From positions 1-19,902 of the forward strand of contig JBNKBE010000042.1 of assembly GCA_050287085.1 (NCBI GenBank): a DNA stretch of 19,902 nucleotides, given 5' to 3'. The position numbers were made by a program, and so were the translations under genes. How positions within the stretch are numbered: position 1 is the stretch's first letter; each line of letters begins with the position of its first letter. Below the pieces are notes generated by a model that made no database searches, was not told where the DNA came from, and saw nothing but the letters and a program-made list of their open reading frames with translations. This stretch comes from Polyangiaceae bacterium (GTDB lineage Bacteria > Myxococcota_A > Polyangia > Polyangiales > Polyangiaceae). This document shows positions 16,229 through 19,902 of the stretch, piece after piece.

Positions 16229-18049
16229 CTACTCTACGGCGCCGGTGCAGGTCGGGGCGGCCTTCTCGCAGAGCGATGCGGGTTCATCGCCGCCGCGTTC
16301 CGGCGCGATGACGAGTGGTTCTGGGCTGGAGGCGCGCATGCATTCACACTGCCCGGTGCCACTCGAACACTGGAGCTCGACGTGCGACAGCGCGACGAAG
16401 GAGACGCCCTGGAGCGTTGCCGGAGTTCGGCACTGGTAGCTCCGCCTGCACCTGTCGTCGCGTTCCGAGGCGTTAGTGAGCGTGCAATCGCCGACCGGAG
16501 CGACGGCAGGGTAGTCGAGGTCGGTGCACAGCTCGAAGCCCGTGTTGCACGCCTCGTTCCAGTCCATATCGGCGAGCTCGAAGCGCGCGTCGGTCAGGTC
16601 GGGGCGGTCGCCGCAGTTGCAAATGCGAATCTCGCCCTCCTCCAGCCTGCACAGCATGCGACCGTCGCTGACGTAGGCGCCCGTGTGGTCCCCCACCGTG
16701 ACTTCGTGCTGGCAGCCGAGGCGCACGTCGCACGTCTCGATCTGGTCCGGACCCATGCCCTCCAGCTCCAGTTCATCGATCTGGCAGTCGCCCGCGGCGA
16801 TCTCAGACGCCACTTCACCGAGCACGACTGCCGCCAACTCCATGCAGGGGTCGACCTGGGGCTGCCACGGCACGCCATCGACCTCGAAAGGCGCGGTGAT
16901 GCGGCAGTACCAACCTCGTTCGTCCGAGGTCGAGCATCTAACGTGCGCGTCTCCCTGCGTGCAAGTCAGGCTCAGCTGGCACGAGCGCGGGTCGATGCGG
17001 CGACTCGTGACCTCGCAACCGGCGGGTAGCAGGGCGTCTGGCTCGCCGTTTTCGTACACGCCGTCCTTGTTCGAGCCGGGGACGCCTTGGTACGGCCACT
17101 CATCGAGCGCTGGCGGACACGTCGGCAGCGAGGCGCAGGGCGAGCCGCACTCGTACATCTCCTCGAACCAATAGTCGCACTCCGTGGTGTCGCACACGCC
17201 GTTGCCATCTTGGTCGTTACGGAAATCGGTTGGACAGACGTCGACGTCCCCGCAGATCCAATCGCGGTCCACATCATTGTCGGGGTCGGCAGGACATGGA
17301 TCGCACGCGTCGCCGTCGCCGTCGTCATCGCGGTCCTGCTGCCATGGGTTGGCGAGCATTGAGCAGTTGTCGGTCGCATTCGCGATGCCGTCGCCGTCCG
17401 GATCTTGCTCGGCCTGCACGCGCGGGCTTGGCCCGGCGTGGAACTCGACGTAGTCGAACTCGGAAATCCCTTCGATGGAGAGGTTCACGCTCGTGGCCGT
17501 TGGCTCTTCACGGCGGGCATACCCGTTGCCGTATGCCTGATGCACATCGTCGACGAGCAGGCCATCGACGGCTACTTGGTAACGATAGCGACCCAGGTAC
17601 TGGAGTCGGTAGACGTGGAACTCGTGCGCGTCGAACGCGCCGTCGGGCGTGAGCCAGGGCGGCGCGTCGAGCCTCAGGGTGACATGGGCCCCGGACTCGA
17701 CGGCGAGGGTCGGCCGGGTGAGCTCGATCGCCCGCGTGCGCACTTCGACGTACCACTCTCCCGTGGCGGATTCGGGCAATGGGAGTCTGGCGGTGCCGCC
17801 TTCAACGCGGGCCGTTCCGTCGATCACGCTGACGGAAGCCGAGCCGGACCAATCGCTCACCTCCGCAGCATCGTCGAAGTCGAGTCGCAGCGCTTCGCAG
17901 CCGCTTTCGCACAGCGCCGCTCCCACGGCGGACAGTGCCTTTGGCGGCGGCTTGGGAGTGTCGTTTCCCCGGGTTTTGGAGCACCCGAGCACTAGGCCAA
18001 GAGCCCCAAGGAGCACGAGGGGCATTGCCGGCGGTCTCAGCGGAAGCAT
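16229..18049 (-). CDS. Lipoprotein with ConA/LamG-like domain, thrombospondin type-3 repeats and Cys-rich C-terminal region
   Basis: Lipobox [23 protein letters not shown]3 repeats [33 protein letters not shown]; many paired Cys in the C-terminal half. Start 18049 or 18025. Confidence 0.82.
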   Translation of the reverse strand: MLPLRPPAMPLVLLGALGLVLGCSKTRGNDTPKPPPKALSAVGAALCESGCEALRLDFDDAAEVSDWSGSASVSVIDGTARVEGGTARLPLPESATGEWYVEVRTRAIELTRPTLAVESGAHVTLRLDAPPWLTPDGAFDAHEFHVYRLQYLGRYRYQVAVDGLLVDDVHQAYGNGYARREEPTATSVNLSIEGISEFDYVEFHAGPSPRVQAEQDPDGDGIANATDNCSMLANPWQQDRDDDGDGDACDPCPADPDNDVDRDWICGDVDVCPTDFRNDQDGNGVCDTTECDYWFEEMYECGSPCASLPTCPPALDEWPYQGVPGSNKDGVYENGEPDALLPAGCEVTSRRIDPRSCQLSLTCTQGDAHVRCSTSDERGWYCRITAPFEVDGVPWQPQVDPCMELAAVVLGEVASEIAAGDCQIDELELEGMGPDQIETCDVRLGCQHEVTVGDHTGAYVSDGRMLCRLEEGEIRICNCGDRPDLTDARFELADMDWNEACNTGFELCTDLDYPAVAPVGDCTLTNASERDDRCRRSYQCRTPATLQGVSFVALSHVELQCSSGTGQCECMRASSPEPLVIAPERGGDEPASLCEKAAPTCTGAVE

Positions 18050-19902
18050 TGTGCACGCTCCAAGAAGGCGAGGTAGTCCCACGAGCACTGATCGACATCG
18101 TCGCAGATGCCGTCGCGATCTGCGTCGTTGCGCGCGTCGAGCGGGCAGCTGTCACACGCATCGCCTCGGCCGTCGGCGTCTTGATCCTCCTGCAGGGGGT
18201 TCGGCGTGAGCGGGCAGTTGTCCTCGTCGTCGCGGGCGCCGTCCGCGTCTTGGTCGCCTGTGAGCGCCGGGAACGCAGCTGGCCCAGACCGGAACTCCAC
18301 GCTTTCGATGAGGGCGACGCCCTCGCCGCAGCCGTCCGTAAAGAAGCCCGTGCCGACGCTCCAGCGCACTGGACGGGGCTGCTGCTGGTCGGCCACCACA
18401 GCGCCATCGACGACCAGTTGCAGTCGCCGGCCACTGAAGTTCAACAACTGGTAGTCGTGAAAGTCAGCGGTCGCGTCGAGGGGCAGTCGTTCTGCGCCCT
18501 CCAGCTCCACGCCGTCCTCATGGATGCTCCAGTTGAAGTTGGCGGTCTCGTCAGCGGGAAGCTCGAAGGTGATCGCACCGCAGTGCGACGGAGTCTCTTC
18601 CAGTCGGAGGCGGGTCGAAAGCACCCAGCCTTGGCCCCAAGCGGGCCGCCATGTGAACAGGTGCTGCCAATGTCCAGTTTGCGACGGGAGCCTCAGACGA
18701 CCGTCGTCGAGAGCCCATCGATCGAAGCCGGCACTCGGCAGGATGTACCAGCCAGAGACGCTGGCTGGCGTCGTGAACGTCAACCGCGTGTCGCCTTCGA
18801 AGCACGTGCACGGCGGTGAAGCGCAGTCGGAGAACGACTGGAGCGACCGTCCCTCACACGGGATGACGGGCGCGCCACTGGGCACATCGACCAGTGGCAA
18901 CTTTGAACCCTCGCACAGGGAGTCACCGTTGGCGTCCGCGTAGCCGAGCGGGCCGGGGCAAGGATCCCGGTCGTCGCAGATGCCGTCGCCGTCCGGGTTG
19001 TTGGTGGGATCGTTGGGGCAAGGATCACACGCTGTGCCCAGGCCGTCGCCGTCGGGATCTTCCTGCGACGGGTTGGGCTCGGTGGGGCAGTTGTCCTCGC
19101 GATCCATGACGCTGTCGCCGTCGCTATCGGCGCTGTCGCCCGGGACCGGCTCCGGGGCACCGTAGTACATGAACCGCTCGTATACGAGTTCACCGACGCA
19201 TGTGCCGCCTCCGGCGGAGCCAAGCTTGATCAGCCGCCGCGCGTCTTCCGACTCCTCGCCGCGCCGGGGAGCGTAAGCGTCGACAGCGAGGCTCCCGTCG
19301 ACGTAAAGCTGATAGCGGTCGTTGCCCAGCGCGTGTAGGCGATAGTCGTGGAAGGCATCGCGATCCGCCAGGGTGGCGAGCGCAAGCGACGATGCCGTCA
19401 GTCCGACCCAGTCCGGTCCGGACATCACCTGGATCCAACCTACCTGCATGATCGGCACCGCGCAGGACGTCTCACTCGAGATACTGGCTCTGGCCTCCAT
19501 GACCCAACCGTGCTCGAGAGGCTGGTGGCTCCAGCGACCGAGTCCCCGAGAGCTGATCCCGCCGGGTGTGCTGACGTGAAGCCGACCCTCCGCTAGCGCG
19601 ACGGTGCCGTAGGGGGCCCACCCGAGGAGTTCCGCGCTCTGCTCGAACTCCAATACGATCTCGTTGTACCTGCAGTCCGTCGTGCAGATGTCCCCATCCC
19701 CGTTGCTGTCACCGCGATCGCATTGCTCCTGACCGGCGACTTCCCCATCACCGCACCCCGGCGGGCGAGGCGGCATGGGCTTCGCGTCATCGTCGCTGTC
19801 GTCCGAGTCGTCGCTGTCGTCCGAGTCGTCGCTGTCGTCCGAGTCGTCGCTGTCGTCCGAGTCGTCGCTGTCGTCCGAGTCGTCGCTGTCGTCCGAGTCG
19901 TC
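18037..19902 (-). CDS. 5'-truncated secreted/surface protein: (DDS)n tract, myxococcal Cys-rich repeat, 2x [ConA/LamG-like + TSP3 repeats]
   Basis: The frame of ORF 18037..19776 stays open to the window edge through the 18-bp repeat. [15 protein letters not shown]...CTTDC; two TSP3 clusters ([30 protein letters not shown]). Confidence 0.85.
   Translation of the reverse strand, partial: DDSDDSDDSDDSDDSDDSDDSDDSDDSDDSDDSDDSDDDAKPMPPRPPGCGDGEVAGQEQCDRGDSNGDGDICTTDCRYNEIVLEFEQSAELLGWAPYGTVALAEGRLHVSTPGGISSRGLGRWSHQPLEHGWVMEARASISSETSCAVPIMQVGWIQVMSGPDWVGLTASSLALATLADRDAFHDYRLHALGNDRYQLYVDGSLAVDAYAPRRGEESEDARRLIKLGSAGGGTCVGELVYERFMYYGAPEPVPGDSADSDGDSVMDREDNCPTEPNPSQEDPDGDGLGTACDPCPNDPTNNPDGDGICDDRDPCPGPLGYADANGDSLCEGSKLPLVDVPSGAPVIPCEGRSLQSFSDCASPPCTCFEGDTRLTFTTPASVSGWYILPSAGFDRWALDDGRLRLPSQTGHWQHLFTWRPAWGQGWVLSTRLRLEETPSHCGAITFELPADETANFNWSIHEDGVELEGAERLPLDATADFHDYQLLNFSGRRLQLVVDGAVVADQQQPRPVRWSVGTGFFTDGCGEGVALIESVEFRSGPAAFPALTGDQDADGARDDEDNCPLTPNPLQEDQDADGRGDACDSCPLDARNDADRDGICDDVDQCSWDYLAFLERAQCFR
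19792..19902. repeat. Coding 18-bp tandem repeat (GTCGCTGTCGTCCGAGTC) x6+, encoding (Asp-Asp-Ser)n on the minus strand
   Basis: Read directly; runs off the end of the window. Confidence 0.97.

Noticed and set aside
15077..18819. Long plus-strand ORFs (15077..16084, 16175..17029, 17405..17995, 17935..18819)
   Set aside because: Antisense to motif-supported minus-strand genes; expected in high-GC DNA.
4968..19902. Neighbouring secreted proteins as cargo of the T1SS-like operon
   Set aside because: Where their N-termini are visible they carry TM or lipoprotein signals (Sec route), and none shows GGxGxD RTX repeats; nothing in the sequence links them to the exporter.

Overview
GC-rich bacterial DNA, most likely from a myxobacterium (inferred from a myxococcal Cys-rich repeat, Gly-rich lipoproteins and thrombospondin type-3 proteins). 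Left to right: (1) a small winged-helix regulator, divergent from a translationally coupled ABC/HlyD/TolC (type I secretion-like) operon, with a palindromic candidate operator between them; the ABC subunit keeps its membrane domain but has lost every ATPase motif; (2) a membrane-anchored metzincin-like protein whose first zinc-ligand His is replaced by Met; (3) a two-gene operon of a FIST (NosP-like) sensor and a CheA-type Hpt/HATPase kinase, with no CheW domain and no response regulator; (4) a 16-bp tandem array inside a TA-flanked inverted repeat; (5) a BNR/Asp-box beta-propeller lipoprotein; (6) an SDR oxidoreductase divergent from a GAF-domain sigma54 activator; (7) a decay zone containing a SulP remnant, an internally deleted IS91/ISCR-type transposase with a candidate oriIS end, and a frameshifted SCO/SenC gene whose 3' end abuts that oriIS; (8) two tandem paralogous surface proteins built from a ConA/LamG-like domain plus TSP3 calcium-binding repeats, the upstream one carrying an in-frame (Asp-Asp-Ser)n tract and cut off by the window edge. 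No rRNA, tRNA or CRISPR array was seen. All family calls come from motif recognition by eye, not database searches. The best candidates for undescribed biology are the ATPase-dead T1SS-like operon, the FIST/CheA-like pair and the lectin-TSP3/(DDS)n protein pair.
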